From the NCBI GenBank assembly GCA_965285935.1, contig OZ260664.1, positions 72,354,001 to 72,418,000 on the forward strand: a stretch of DNA of 64,000 nt. The letters are read 5' to 3'. Source of the stretch: Ophelia neglecta. Taxonomy: Eukaryota. Under the pieces are notes generated by a model. That model saw only the letters and a program-made list of their open reading frames with translations, searched no databases and was not told where the DNA came from. Shown in pieces: positions 11,177 through 25,295 of the stretch. The first letter of the stretch is position 1; every line of letters begins with the position of its first letter. A program made the position numbers and the translations under genes.

Positions 11177-11326
11177 CGCTGTCGTACAAGTACCCTAGCG
11201 CGGATGCTCTCCAATGGCAACTCCAACTTTCCCTCGAAGCCTTCTGATGGTTGCAAATATCGACCAGTTGTGTTGAGTAGTCGAGTATCGAATGCGAACG
11301 TGGTGAGTATTTCCGTACTACTGTTA
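11177..11326 (-). pseudogene. Fragment of a diverged RdRP paralog (matches 2821-2970)
   Basis: Ungapped alignment of 118/150 nt by manual count. It translates as NSSTEILTTFAFDTRLLNTTGRYLQPSEGFEGKLELPLESIRARVLVRQR versus NNSTKIKTTLEFDTRLLNITARYLQPSEGMEWKLELPFDSIRTRVLVHQR in the gene. An in-frame TGA follows 6 codons later. Confidence 0.9.
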
Positions 11327-11536
11327 TACGACGAACGTTGTCAGACATCTTTGGCCCCACCACTTTTTCTCGATATATTTCATTGCGTTATGAACAAAAA
11401 TGCAAACAATGCAAATATGGTTTTAAATTGATCATTAAACAATAAAAGCATAAATTAATGTATGTAATTATTTTAAGCAGTTGTTTCCAAATTCGTTTTT
11501 CAATATAAATCAGGATCAAGGTAGCTCCTGGCATTC

Positions 11537-11700
11537 TATATATATATATATATATTCTTTATTGCCTCCATATTAGGAGAGTAGTACAAGGTTACAAAAC
11601 TAAAACTAGGTTTACACAATTACATTTTAAGGGTTTTTCAAGTTACAATATGACATTAGCTTTCACCTGGAGTGAATATCCAGGAGGCAAAACAAAATCT
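11537..11700 (-). mobile_element. Probable 3' end of a retroelement: AATAAA followed by a (TA)n tail
   Basis: The minus strand reads GGAGGCAATAAAGAA(TA)n. An 8-bp inverted pair TTGCCTCC/GGAGGCAA lies about 115 nt apart. The family is not identifiable. Confidence 0.35.
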
Positions 11701-14700
11701 TTAATCAGGAAATGTTAATTTAATCGTCATAAAAACGTTAAGATTGATCTCACTATTCAGTTATCAATATATCTTGGCGTGTGCCAGCCCACAAAAACCT
11801 AAATAGAAGCAACAACCTTATTGGCTTGTCTTCTTTAGTATAAAGAATAAAGAAGCTTACAATACGTATTATACTATTCTAAAGCTGAAAAGGATTCTGC
11901 CTCCTCATATTGGATGAGGCTTCCTTATTGCCTTTCTAATAGCAGGGAACAAGGAAACAGACGTCTCAGAACGCATCTCTGCTAACCCTTGATAAGCCGT
12001 CTGTGAGCTGAATGCAATAATGCTCAGTCAATTTCAAGGGCACTTTTGGATATAATACTAGCTTTATCGAGCAATGATGAAATGGGTGTGCACAAAATAA
12101 TAATGGAAAATAACAGAGAGAGAAAGAAAGACAAAGTTATATAGATAATTTGCCTTGTCGAAAACTGTTCACAGGAATTGAAAACAAACTGACTTATTAC
12201 CAATGAAAGTTGTTTTTTTCCGTTTTGAAGAAGGCAGTCTCTATTTGCATTCAACTTATAAAATGATTTATAGTAGTTATTAGCCAAATGTTCTTCAACC
12301 TAACTTCATCGCAACACATGTAGTATAGCCTTAGCCAATTTTGAATCTTGCCTTTTAACTTTAATTGACATAAGCCGTACGCAAGAAATCACAATTCATC
12401 AGTACAGCATAGTAAGCAGTGCTCTTTCCTTTGCTCACCCTGACTCAAGGCATGCCATCTGGGGTGATTGATTGTCTGAACCAACCCTGCATATTACGCT
12501 TTACCATAATCGCGTCTTCAGCTCCAATGAATTCGTCAATGATTCAGTGAAAGCCGACCCTCTTCGCCACTGACACTTTAAAGGAAATGATACCCCGTAT
12601 TTTCACGGTCAATAAAGCTAGCTCCTCTTGGCTGTCAATTTAGAAGAACTTTACCGTAAAAAGCCTACCGTTACTGAAACACTTTTTGAATAGCAATCGA
12701 CAATTTGATGTTATTTTTATGCTATTCTTTTGAGAAGGTTTAGCCTTCATGCTAGATCTATGGAATGTTTCCATGGGGATGTTTTATCACATTTGTCAAA
12801 CCATTAAAGCCCACAACATGTTTAACGAATGTTGGCGAAGCGGTTTGGACGCTTGAATTTGTTTCACTTAATGTCTGTGAAGCAGTATGCGTCTTGATAA
12901 GTTGTCATTGAGGCGATGGTTTAAGTTCGAAGTTAAGGTAAAACCAATTGTGCGGTAAGCCATGTTTCAGGCTGACGTGGCATAATCTGTTTCCAACTCA
13001 CATATTAACTGTTTTTTATTGAGCTATCTCAACTCCCCAGCCAGCATACACGTACAAGAACAATGACACTACCGTTGAGATCTACAAATCGATAACACTG
13101 GCTTAACGGTATATCAAAGTCGCACCTCCTTGGAAGAGGACCGTTCCCATTGAGGAGCTGGATGATATCTTGGGCTTAGTGATATCTCACCGTATGAAAC
13201 CTAACTTCATACACGATTTATCATTCAGAGATTGAATAACTTAAGTTACAATAAATAGGAACAAGCAAAATATCTATAGGTAGTCCATACGTTTTGGTTA
13301 TCATTTCGAGACTGAGGAATCCATAACCATCTTCCTATTATCAATAACTAGAAGATAATAAACTGGAAATGATACCCAGTAATCCAGATCCGCCATTGTT
13401 TGCGACTAATCTATTGCAGTATCTTAGTAGATGCTATAAGTTTGATTCAAAAAAGGGCAGAGTATCGCAGACTGTGGTAAACAAAATATGTTTTGAAGCA
13501 GTAGGACTAGTTAGGACGGAGACGCCTAATATATTTGTATCCCGTTTATTGATTAGGATAATATTATCGATCGGGGCACAAATCCTTCTCATACCAGGCT
13601 CGTCAGTTGTTGCATAACTTCCAGTCCAGATTCAGGTCAGGCCATTTCCCTAAGATTTATTATTCTCGTTTTGCCAACGACCCTCTAAACTTCTAAAAAG
13701 AAATACGTGAAGGCAATTGGTGCTGAAGCTATTGTTAACATATGCCCCCATAAAAGTGGGTCAAAAACTTAGCTTTCATGGTTCAAGTGCATATTATGGA
13801 AATATTGACATGTTAGTAAATGGCTCATAATTAAATATTATTCATATATTTTATTGGGGAGAGACGCTTGAAGTTATAATATAGTTTTGATATTGGGTCT
13901 AAAAGCAGGCAATGACTAATTAATTATGATGGCTTAAAGAATTATATAAAATAAAGCCCCCTTTCTAACCGCACACAGCCATCCAGAAGTTGACACTTTA
14001 TTGGAACCAATGAAGGACTCAACAGTTTATGATGCCCTGAAAAAAATGTCTAGTAGGCCTACTATTACTAGAATAGTTTATGGGTTGCTTAGTTACATTT
14101 GTACGAATAAGCATGCATTTATTTTTGATGAACAGCCACTGTGGAGACATAATTATGCCATATTATGATGTGACGCATATTATGATAAGTATATACATTT
14201 ACTTCTAATAAGGGCAGTTCAAGTTCTGAATCACGCCAGAATATATGAACAAATCGATGTCACTGCGATTATTTCACATGGATTTCCTTGCCTTCCGCTG
14301 AAGTCCAACAAGTGGAGTGGAATGTCAACCAATACTTAAATAGATATATCGAACACATGAGAGCTTACCCGTACGTGAAATCTAGAAAATACATAAACAC
14401 CCCGGATTAGTATATAATGGCGTGTAGATGGTCGTATATTCCCTAGAGAAAAGAAAGGCACTGATCACTTGAACAGGCCCAGCGAAATGGAAGGTAATTA
14501 CTTAGGCGTGACAGCATGTTTACCTCTACCAAGACTATAAACATATGCCCACTTTGTGCTTAGCTAGCGTAATGGTCCCTGTTAGCCACTACGCAAAATG
14601 CCCATGAAATGCAGTTAAAATTGGCATGAAAAGCAAAAAAAAAAACATTTCTTCCTTTTAATAGTTAAATAAATATTGGTGTGACGATGAACGATATACA

Positions 14701-17700
14701 GTAGAATATTGCATATGTGTTGTTTCGAATATATTATTTATCTGAAAATAGATTTAAATAGTTCTGGAGCGTTAGCATAAAAGATAAAGTACACACAAAG
14801 CGCATTAATAACTGTTTATTATGCTATTGTCTCTGTAATTGCATGAGTGTCTTTTTTGGCGGACGACTTTGGCGTATCCATCACAGCCTGACAAGGTTCT
14901 GGGTAGTTAATTTCGTACACGAGGCTTAAATGAGCAAGGTCACGCCCTTTAAAGTCGTTTAACGGGTGACCCTCATTAATCATGCTCTATTCCCCTCGCT
15001 AAGCTCAACCCTAGGTCAGTAACTAGCGGTAATTAATTCAGAGGAGTGGCTGGTCATTTTGAATTTGAAGACGATTTGCCAATAATGCACGACATCATTG
15101 GTTCGGTTTTGCAGATTTATTTTCTGCTTTGTTTCTGCAGAATTCCTTGAGGCCACCTCTGCATGCAAAATTATAAATATCAATGTGAAGTTGACGATTC
15201 CGAGCACGGTATAATGGCTAAGCCGCACTCTTATTGGTTAATTTACCAAAGGTATCATTACATTATCCAGGAAAATTTTTATACTTATTATAATAATTTA
15301 CCATTTTGTTCTCAATTTATTTATCGCACATTGCATTTCAAAAACATCATAAAACCCTAGCGGAACCACAACTGTCTAACACCAACACACTTTTATCCTG
15401 TTCATAGACGATTTGGTTGTCATGTTAAGAACAACTTGCGCAAATGAAGTACGTGTTTGGTGCAGGAAACGGCAAGTAAATGTATTGTAGCTACAATCAG
15501 AATTGGTTTTTTGCGTCTATGGTGAAATGAAATTACAGGAAAAGACAGGAATTCTTGCTATCAACAATTTATTAGTTTGTAAAATATGACTCCTGTGTGG
15601 CCCTTGGCTGTCTCGGCATGTAGGGCTCTTTGATATGACACTTATGACACATGGAATTTGTATCATTGTGGGCCTGCAATACTGTATGGCAGTGCTGTTT
15701 TACGTCATACGAGGATAATTGAGTTGTTTAAGGTGAAGAAGCGATATTTGGGCCCACAAATTGACGTCTACCTCTGGGTTGTGATGTGAGATGGATTGGC
15801 TCTCTCCAAACGGAGTCGTTATTTAAAGAGCTTGGAACATATTTTTGTGCATGTACGATGGCCGTTATACGAGTTGTATCAACTTTAATGCCGTTAATAA
15901 AATGTGCAATTTTCGCAAGGGAATATATTCATATCTGCATCGAATCAAGGGCAGCTGGTCCCAAATGCAATATTAATAATTTGGCGAAACAGCTTACTGC
16001 CCACCTAGACAAATGAAAAATGTTGTAAGGCGAGAAAAGTGCCCCGACCAATTATGGCGCATTAAAATTAAAGTTGCATTGCGCATTTTGTGTTATGATA
16101 CCTACCCAACTCGTTATGCTATACGAGACATGAGTTACGTCGAAAAACTGGTCATTTGCTTTTTGTCACAGTAAGGAAATTTCGGCCAAGCTATGGACTA
16201 TTTGCCTTTCCTTGTCATGTAATTTTATTTAATTAATTTTCACCAAATTACACAATTAAACATTTCTATAATTTGGGCGTTGGCTTTTGACGTTATCTGT
16301 AATGCATTACATAGACCGAAATGAACTGGATGGGATTTGCTACGGTGTAATTCAATTTCAATGACGTTTATACCCAAAATGACCATATTCCATGAGTGGA
16401 TGGAAAGGCTGGAAGATGTAGCCTATTCACTTCATGTGTTTAGCCCGGAGAGCAGTTTTAGAGAACATACTAACACATAATGATTGATCGGGGGCTTTAC
16501 TAATTTTGTATTGTCAATACCCAAAATGGCGTTTTCTATCCTTTAGAGTCATTCTAATAGAAAATCCCCCGAATTTAAATGGGAAAGATGAAATACCTAA
16601 ACTGATCCCCGCAGGAGTGTGGCCTAAGTTTGAAAATCACAGTGGCAGCACCTCATTTATTACCAAGATCCTTCTTGACATCGCGAATTAAATCGAATCA
16701 CGAATGTCATTCTTGAGGACACATCCACTTCTCTTCCAGAACCATTTTAAATACACTGCATCAGGTTCGGTCAGTTAATCTGCAGTTTCAAATGTTAATG
16801 CCGTGCCTTTTTTCTTGTTAGATGGCAATTGAATAAAATGAGGTACGGATAAAAAGCAAGACGCAGCTAATAAAGCACTCGGTAAATCAGAAATAGGCTT
16901 TGAATTTGAAATGCGGCCTAACACAGGCATATTGAATTTCTAAACCGGATGTAAGCGATATTAGGGAAATTGTCACCAAAATTGCCCTGTAATTTTCCTT
17001 TGTTAACGTTTTAAATCAATCAAATTTTCGGTAACTATAAAATACTTAACAAAACGAAATTGTATATCCAGTAGACAAATCCTAATCATTGACCTAAAAT
17101 AGTTCATTTAACCGTCCGAAATAATCAGGAACTAGCAGCCACAGCTCCCCAAATATCCATAAACAATCTCCAGCTCATAAAATAAGCAGAGGGGTGATCT
17201 CTTCGGTTTCTAGTAGAAGATTTATACAGCTTAAGACTACGACTTTCTTATGAAAATGTCTTATTTCCTTCGAAAATATTTCCTGCGATCGATTCGTAAA
17301 ATAGGTTGCAATGTCATTAGAACAGCTTGTGGAGCAAGTTTCTTTCATCCCACTCAAATGGATGTGGTCCTTGTAAACAACAACGGGCGGAAGAACGTTT
17401 GCTGTGTAAATGATAAGCGTAGCGGTATCGTTGTGCGGGAAACAGTAAGAGATAAAAAGTCATTTTTGGAGCAAATATTGTCCCCCGACTCTTGTTTTTT
17501 CTTTCAGAAAAATGAAAACTCTACAGTGTGCTTCCAGCAGACAACGAATGAAGCATGATTCCTCTTGTATATTGCTAGCATTAACTAATGACAAGATATT
17601 CGCGTCGCAATACCACTCGAATGATCATTTTTCCTTACCTAAAAATTTGCTAATTATTAACGGATGCCAATACAGTAGTTCTTCAGCAATGCATTTTACA

Positions 17701-17749
17701 GTATATAGCTGCCACTTCAGGTGCCTGTATGAAAACAAGAATTGACATA

Positions 17750-18540
17750 CACAATTAGTGTGTCTATAATTGGTGTGATGTGGCGGGTTTTTGGCCGCGT
17801 GTCCAACTTGACGTACTTAGAAAGGTATTGCTCTTGTGATTCAGGTTTGGAAAAGGACGTTTGAAACCAAATCAGTTATGGGATTGGATATATATGTATG
17901 GACGGTCTCAGCATTAGTTAAGGCGGTTGATATTGTACTTAAACGGTTAAGGTTCACGAAATAGTAGTGTAGATAAAATACAAAGGGCGATGGCCTTAGG
18001 ACAGGCGATATGTTACCAGATCAATAACACCTCAGTGTAAGCACATTACGGAGACGGAATGTTGTTTATTTAATAACGGTAAACACATAGGAATCCATGA
18101 TTTGTGATTTGCCAACAATAATTTCCACATTTAGAGCTAACAATCTGGTGCCATCTACAAGAATCTATTATTGACCTATAATAGATGTGTAGATTAAACC
18201 TAATGTGGCGTATTTGGATTCTCAAGGGCAGTTGATCTATAACGAAACTATTTATCAAGAGGACTGCAGCATTTCGGATCCCGCGACGGAAAATGCAAAG
18301 AGATCAAAGATGCAGTTCCAATGTGAACCGCCTAAATTTGGCGTATGAGACCGAAAAACCCAATAGGGACCTACTAATAATTTTGTATTCTTCGATATTA
18401 GCAAGGCTAGGGCTTAAATCAAATACGACTAGAATCAGAATGACTTCCTCGTGCGTGACTATGAGCATGTCGCTTCCAACAAGAACAGAGCTGTCTCGAT
18501 AAAATCTCAGTAGCCTGGAGAGGCTTGTGGTGGCCATGTT
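17750..18540 (-). mobile_element. Heavily decayed L2-like LINE ORF2 remnant
   Basis: Degenerate matches in the expected order: ILVVFDLSPSLANIEEYKIISR (LVLLDLSAAFDTIDH.IL.RL), IRHIRFNLHIY (IRRHGL.FH.YADD) and RHITPIIDTL (HITPVL..LHWLP). Confidence 0.5.
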
Positions 18541-19204
18541 CAAACAAATTAATATCTAAACAATTGCTTTCGAGCCCAGATTTTTACATTGCTCGTAAAA
18601 CAGCGGTTTGGATACCCGGCAAACAATGGAAGCGAAATCAATAATCCGGGATAGTCCAGTAAATGGACCAGATAGCGTCAAGAACTACCAGCTGCAGTCT
18701 CACAAATAAGAATCTCCAGCACCCCAACAGTGAATTTACTTAAAATACAGTTTTAAATTGATTTCACTGGCAATGTGAAGTAGTCAACATTTTTCTATGA
18801 TGTGAGTCGAAGCACAAAACAAACGAGTCAGTGGTTGCAGAGGACAGAGAGGAATTATCCCTGTGGCATTTCCAAGAACACGTACTTCAATGCTTTTAAG
18901 TTGAATGGCATGTCACCTGAAAGTCTGCAGTCTTCAATTACTGTTATGTTAAGCCTTGACCCGGAATCAATTCTTTTCTAGGACAACCTTCATGAACTCA
19001 AAGCATGTGTTACACTTACATTTATCTGCATAGGACACAATGTGATGACCTATTTTCCTTTATCTTAACGATTTCACCCCCCCCCCCCTCGATCAGCCCC
19101 TTCCCCACCTGTCCTTTTCGATATTTCAACTCTTTCACTCTCAATGTTTATCCCAGCTGCATACCTTTGTGTGCCAATTTATTTGGCGCCTTGCTGTAGG
19201 GTAA

Positions 19205-19405
19205 TCTGAATTTTTCAAAATATCTGTATGACATTGTGGTGCAAGATATGCATAATACCTCTATTGAACACTAAAATGAAGTCATACATAGGAAATATTT
19301 TGACGGCTACAAACTTGACCTTGATCTCTGCTTGAAGGTCAAATGATGTGATCCAAATGTTCAAATCCTCTGTATATAGCTTCCACGTTTCCAAAATGGG
19401 AGACA
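19205..19405. repeat. Fragment of a TGACCTTGA/AGGTCAA-motif interspersed repeat
   Basis: TTGACCTTGATCTCTGCTTGAAGGTCAAA inverted motif, of the kind common in non-autonomous repeats of marine invertebrates. Family not verified. Confidence 0.35.
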
Positions 19406-21335
19406 CTAAATCCTAAATATGTGGGCCTGAAGTTCGCAGTGCAATATATATCAATCTAAAATGACATTGTCTTAATAATATATAACCACGAGACAAAATC
19501 AAGAATGAATACCCAGCAGAAAAGCAGTCATAAATTAAAAACAGCCTATCAAAACCCGTTCGGAATCGACATGAAGCTTTAGCTGAATTGAAGGCCCACT
19601 AACACCAATCCCCAGTTTTCTAACCAAGGAAGAAAGGAACATTCCAATGGGCCCCGCTATATAAACTAAGGTTTCAAGTCTGGTTTGCTGGTAGAATTAG
19701 ATAAGATTTTGGGTTCATAAACTGCAATCTGCGTCATAAGTCGAAAACTTGCGAAATATGTGTTCATGGATTGTAACCCCGCAAAGCAGTGCGATCCAGG
19801 TTATTAAATAATATCATAAATGACATAAACACCTTAGCGAAAAGAAAAATAAGTACAAAGAATAGAAAAGCAGCAGTTGCAGGTATTATCAGTAATTTAA
19901 AATTAAGATTGGCTATTTGTTGCTTGGGTAATACCACGTCCGCATCTGATTGTATGTAGCCCTCAGTGTTTGAATAAAAAAGGAAATACGTTTAAGATGG
20001 AGCTCATTTTAATCCGGGTATGATCAGGCTTAGCTTAGAAACATGTAGTGTATGAAGCAGACCACCGGCTTGTTTGTGTAGATTGATTTATTGCTTACTC
20101 CACTAACGATGTCATTCAGTTCATATGGGGAGATTGAACCGAGCTCTCTCATCCTCAAAGATTCCCTCTCGAGAACCTTCTGACGGAAGGAGCGATCGTT
20201 CTTTCCTTGTTTTCAATAAACTTGCTCTATAATCTAAATAAACATGTTGTGATAATCTTCTGTAAATTGACGGCTTATTATATTGAGTTTATTTTTAAAA
20301 TACTGCTTATCGACCTGTCCCTGAAGAGGACAAGTGGTCAGGCCACATGCAGGAAGACTGCACTCGAGGCAAACGGTTAGATTTTAATTAAAAGTGCCCA
20401 TGTATGACTTATTTGAACAACAAATCGAGCTAAATAAGTATTTTGTGTGAGATGTGAATTAAAATCAGGTAAAGCTTTATAAATAGGACTTGTTGTGCAG
20501 GCTCTGGGCTCTGGAGTTTTAGACAGAAACGGAAGATGGCAGTTCCAAAAGGGATAATTTAATTCTACTTTCTCTGCAGTAAAAAGATTCTAAAGGAGCA
20601 GTATTTGAACCGGTGACGCTGTAAGAATGGATTTCACGGGGCGCACGCCGCCATCACGCAGGTTAAGTTAGAATTATTTCAATATTTCATTACTGCCTGA
20701 CGTAGTTCAGCGTCATGTACAAAGACTGTTGGTCGCTTTATACTCTGTACAAGTGTACACAAGCTTTACAAGAGATATATACAACTAAGAGATTTTACAC
20801 CTGAACCAAATGTTTGATTATCTGAACTAGCATTTATTGTAGGTGGTGGTTTCTCAATCGTAGAATCTTAGGCAACATATCTTTCCATTATTTAATATTC
20901 AGTTGGACAGTACCAGGCTTCATAAAATCATTTTCGGTTTTAAAACAAAGTGGCCAAACACTTAAATATTTATGCAGCGGCCGAGCTCAGTTTTGTCGTC
21001 ATCAACTCAGGCATAAAATAATCAGGCATTTGTCTCTCATGTGTTGTCCGGACAAACTTCAAAGGCATACCTGAAACTAACAGCATGGAGCACATCTCAT
21101 TTGATTTATCAGTTCTGCTGGCCCCAGAAGTAGTGCTTTGTTCACACAAAGAATATCTCATAGAAAATGTGTTTTCAGTGGTAAACAGAAAGAAAAATTA
21201 CGTTTTTGCTTTGCCAGGCCGTCGTTCAGACCTGAAGGTCTTTACCAATGTACATGTATAAGCTTTGAATCCTCATGAAATACAGCTCGATACATGTACT
21301 TCACTTTTATCGAAACCGCTACGGCGAATACTTTG

Positions 21336-21960
21336 TTTGCGACGAGATGGCAGTTCACTTTTCAGTTTGCCCAGTATGATAGGAATGAGTAAAGTGTAAT
21401 AATTAATTTTGCTGTTTCGATGAGTCCACTTTTATTCCATTTTATAATTGTTCATGCATGGCAAATACAGTATATGCCGAATGCGCAAAGCGAAGACCGC
21501 ATACGACCCATGGGTTTTAAGATGATTGTCTGACGTTCAACTGACACATGGGCAGCTCCCAAATTGCCCTCAAGGCAAATTAAGTCTTAATTGAAATGCG
21601 TGAAAAATTGTTAGAAACGTTGACGTATGATCTAAGAAATGACGATATCTTAAAGATGAATATGGATGACTTAATAAACATTCGAGGGTACAGTTAGCTC
21701 TGGGTATAACATGCAAGTTTTATTAATTGCCAAAGCAAATGAACCAGCAGAATATATTGCTTAATTGGTAATCACCAGCTCTTTTCAAATTATGTTACGA
21801 GATTTGCATTCAAATGGGCAGCTACCTGTTCTTAACTCTAACGCATTCTTCACGCGGTAACTACTGGCACATTTCCGCTCTGTCACGCAACGCAGTTTCA
21901 TTATATTAAAGGATGGCAGCATCCCTAGCAGGAACCAGTGAACTGCCATCTCGTCGCAAA
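21336..21960. repeat. Perfect 24-bp inverted repeat pair (21336-21359 and 21937-21960)
   Basis: TTTGCGACGAGATGGCAGTTCACT and its exact reverse complement AGTGAACTGCCATCTCGTCGCAAA, with a 577-bp spacer. Confidence 0.9.
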
Positions 21961-24900
21961 GATAAATGGTTCATTTCAAGAAGTTCAATGCTTCGAGAAC
22001 CGAGTAATTGCATACCGTCAAAGCCGTTGGGTGGCAACATTTTATCATTGCTTCTCCGGAGCAAGTATTTGCCAACTATGCTACAACAAATGCCATGTTA
22101 AGTCCTCATTCCTCTTTATGTACCTAAATGAATATTATATCAGACTAGAAAAACATTATTCAATGAATAATTTCTTTGTGCAAAAGCAATCGGGGACATT
22201 AAGGCCTAGGCTGTTTGCGTAACTCGTTTGTTGGCATGATTTTCTCGATCTCCTACTTTCCTCTATGGTGTTATTCGTTATCACAATATGTTGATTGTTA
22301 TTAACTTGGGTATCATCTGCGGAGCTGAATATGTGTGGTAAATATCTGGGTTACGGGCATATTATTTGCTAATATATAACGTCAGGTTGTCTTCAACCTC
22401 CCAAATACCCTAATCGGGAGAGAGAAATCACTGTCATTTCCTGAGATATCGGAATACTGGCAGATTCTTACTACTAGGTTAACCCAGTGATTGTCTCCTG
22501 TGTGCAGAATAAACATATCCCAATGTATCGTTTTTCCATGCAAGACGTTTGCCAGATACGCGAGAATCTAGATCATGTTTGGCAGTTTATTTTATTAATT
22601 TCAAAAGAGTGATGAGTAGTAAATTTTACCATTGCTGCTGAACTGTAAGACACAGACACGAAATATCAGTGTCTCAAACGAACATACAAGAAAAAAAAAT
22701 ATATAGGGTTTCGCCCTTATATAAAATGGTGCAACATTATGCTGTGTGCTACCATTTTTTCAAATGTAAATCTGAATGGAGGGTAATACATTATTTAGTA
22801 AACTATAATATGCCTTAAAATTGCTTATGCATTGCTGCGGGGGATAGATAAGAATGACAATGCCAGTATTGCTTTTACCTCATTACTCATGTAGAAAAAA
22901 TGATTTTGACAGAAGCTGAATATATAAAGAGGTTGTTGCAAAGACCAATGGTATATTCATATTGTGGGTGGTAAATACGGATGACAATGTAAGTACTGCT
23001 TTACATCATTACATATATAGAAAACTGGATGTTAACGACTGTTGTTGCAAAGACATCCTTGCATCTTATATATAGAGCAATAAAATTAATACAGCATGAA
23101 ACAATGCCTATACTTGACGAATTCTCTAACTAAACTAAGTATATTTAAGATGCAAAACAGTTATTCAAATCAGTCTAAGCGATTTTTGTTTTGCTCACGC
23201 TTAAAAAAGATGGATATTTTCATATTCAGATTATCGTGGTTATTTTACGTTGTTTGTTGTTTCTTGCTCGAACAGGATTTGGACTAATGTTGACCAAATT
23301 GTATATTCATTGCGGATACATAATATACTCATACAGAAGGGCAGCTCATGTTATGAATATTTTAACATGTGTCTTCATCATCTAATTTAGTTAGGCACGG
23401 TTAGGATGACGGAATTTACACAATAATACAGGTTCCATTTCATCTGGTTTGTACGGCAGAAAAACTTCAGCGCAGCATTAAATGAATAACCGATATGCCA
23501 GATTGGTTTTATTGAAAAAGTAATTCTTTATATTATTAATTTGTATTATTAGAATCAACATATGCCAAGAGACTGCGTGCCTCTCACTGTTTGCGCTATT
23601 TTTTCTTCATAACAGAATACCCTCTACCCTACCCCAACCGTCACTCCGTCCTTGCCCACTCACCCGTTCAGTGTCCGTGATGAAATTACATGATCGCTTA
23701 ACTGAAATTGCCAGCAGTTACCCAGGCTGGATGGCATGCATGGACACGATAACGCGATCTACAACTAATCCGAGGATCAACTGAACATAAAGATGCACAT
23801 ATTTACATAGTTTGAATTTCCCTCGAGGATTATTTGCAGGGACTAAACACCGTCAAGGACTTGTTTTATGACAGCGTAACCAGGCAATGCATTGTTTAAC
23901 AATTCTTCAGAAATAACGAGCGTTAGCTTGCCTAGCTCATATGAAAAAATTCCCATCTCGATATCTTCACGAAGGCTACAATATCATTAAGCAATGATTA
24001 ATGTCTCTTCTACGTCTAGGTGGGTCATTATTTTCAAGGAAATCAGCTTCGAACCTTTAATTTGAGACAAAATATTTCGGTCTATATAGACTTCTAGGAA
24101 ATACATTGCAGTGAAGTTAAGCAGGACATTTTGTTGTATGAAGCCGTTAGGAGAGTCTGAATATTAGTCATGCTTGTTAAAACAAGATGTGATATTTCCC
24201 TTGGTTTTCCTTCACTTGAAAGAATACGAAATATGGTATGTTCCTGTTAGCAAATACGTTAACCTGGAATTTTTGTACTTTCTCCATTTTTTTCTGACAA
24301 TATTCGTCCTCTAAATATCAGCTTTAAACAAAGAATTCCCTGCTAATTCAGTAAACCGAGCTAAGTCCACAAAAGGTCTGGTTCTTGTTTCGGCTTTCCC
24401 ACCTAATCCAATTGGGAACTCAACACACAACCTTCATCTTTCACAATTGAATTCAATACTGCGTGTAAAATAATAAGATAAAATAATAAAAGTTTGTGTC
24501 ATAAAACCAACATATTTTCGTGCTTTGTCAATTGAAACAAAAAAAAACAAAGTAATAACGGAGAAATAACTAATGTATGTACCTTCTCGATAATGTAGAA
24601 CTGGAAGATGGGTTTAGACAATCATGTTACGCGATAACTAAACATTAAGTTCGGTGTTCTTATTTTTAAGCCAATTCAACAGAGAAGACTCGTCCGCATT
24701 TTCCCGTTTAACGAATAATGATTTTTTTCTCAAAAAGCTCATAAGCGCAGCACAATTATTTAAGTTAGCATAAAAAAGTGTAAAAACATTGCTGCTTAAA
24801 CTAAAATCTAAATAGTAAAATAGTAAATGATATGCCTTAAGGTTGAATTTAAAAGTTTCCAGACAAGTTCTACTATTGATTGGCATATGTTCAAAAGTTC

Positions 24901-25214
24901 AGGACCGCTATGAACGAACCAGAATTTACAATGAGGTATTGTATACCAAGACCAGCCAGTTAAGTAGTCCACCGACAAAGTTTGTACAACCAGCTAGAAC
25001 ATCACGGTATCTGATTTTGAATTAAATACTGCATGTAACGTACAACGAATTTCGATAGCTTTTAATTGATATTCTAGCATATGGTCGCGATTCAATTCAA
25101 CGCTGTGCCTTTCAGGCCTATTTCACTGTTCATTCGAATAATCAGACTTGCATGATGGATCAAGTAAACAGGGAAGCTTATAGAGCTGAGAGATTTCTCT
25201 TTTTTTCCATTCGT

Positions 25215-25295
25215 TCGTGGCTAAAACTTTCTTAATCAATTTCTGCATGAAAGATAGGTTGGAGACCGGACGATAGTTCTTTAATGACGTGAGTT
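25215..25295 (-). mobile_element. Short L2-type RT fragment
   Basis: Translates SLKNYRPVSNLSFMQKLIKKVL, close to the L2 consensus LKNYRPVSNLSFLSKLIEKVV. Confidence 0.7.

Noticed and set aside
11135-11431. Plus-strand ORF similar to ORF 2842-3081
   Set aside because: Both are antisense shadows of RdRP coding sequence. The similarity reflects the duplicated fragment, not a separate gene family.
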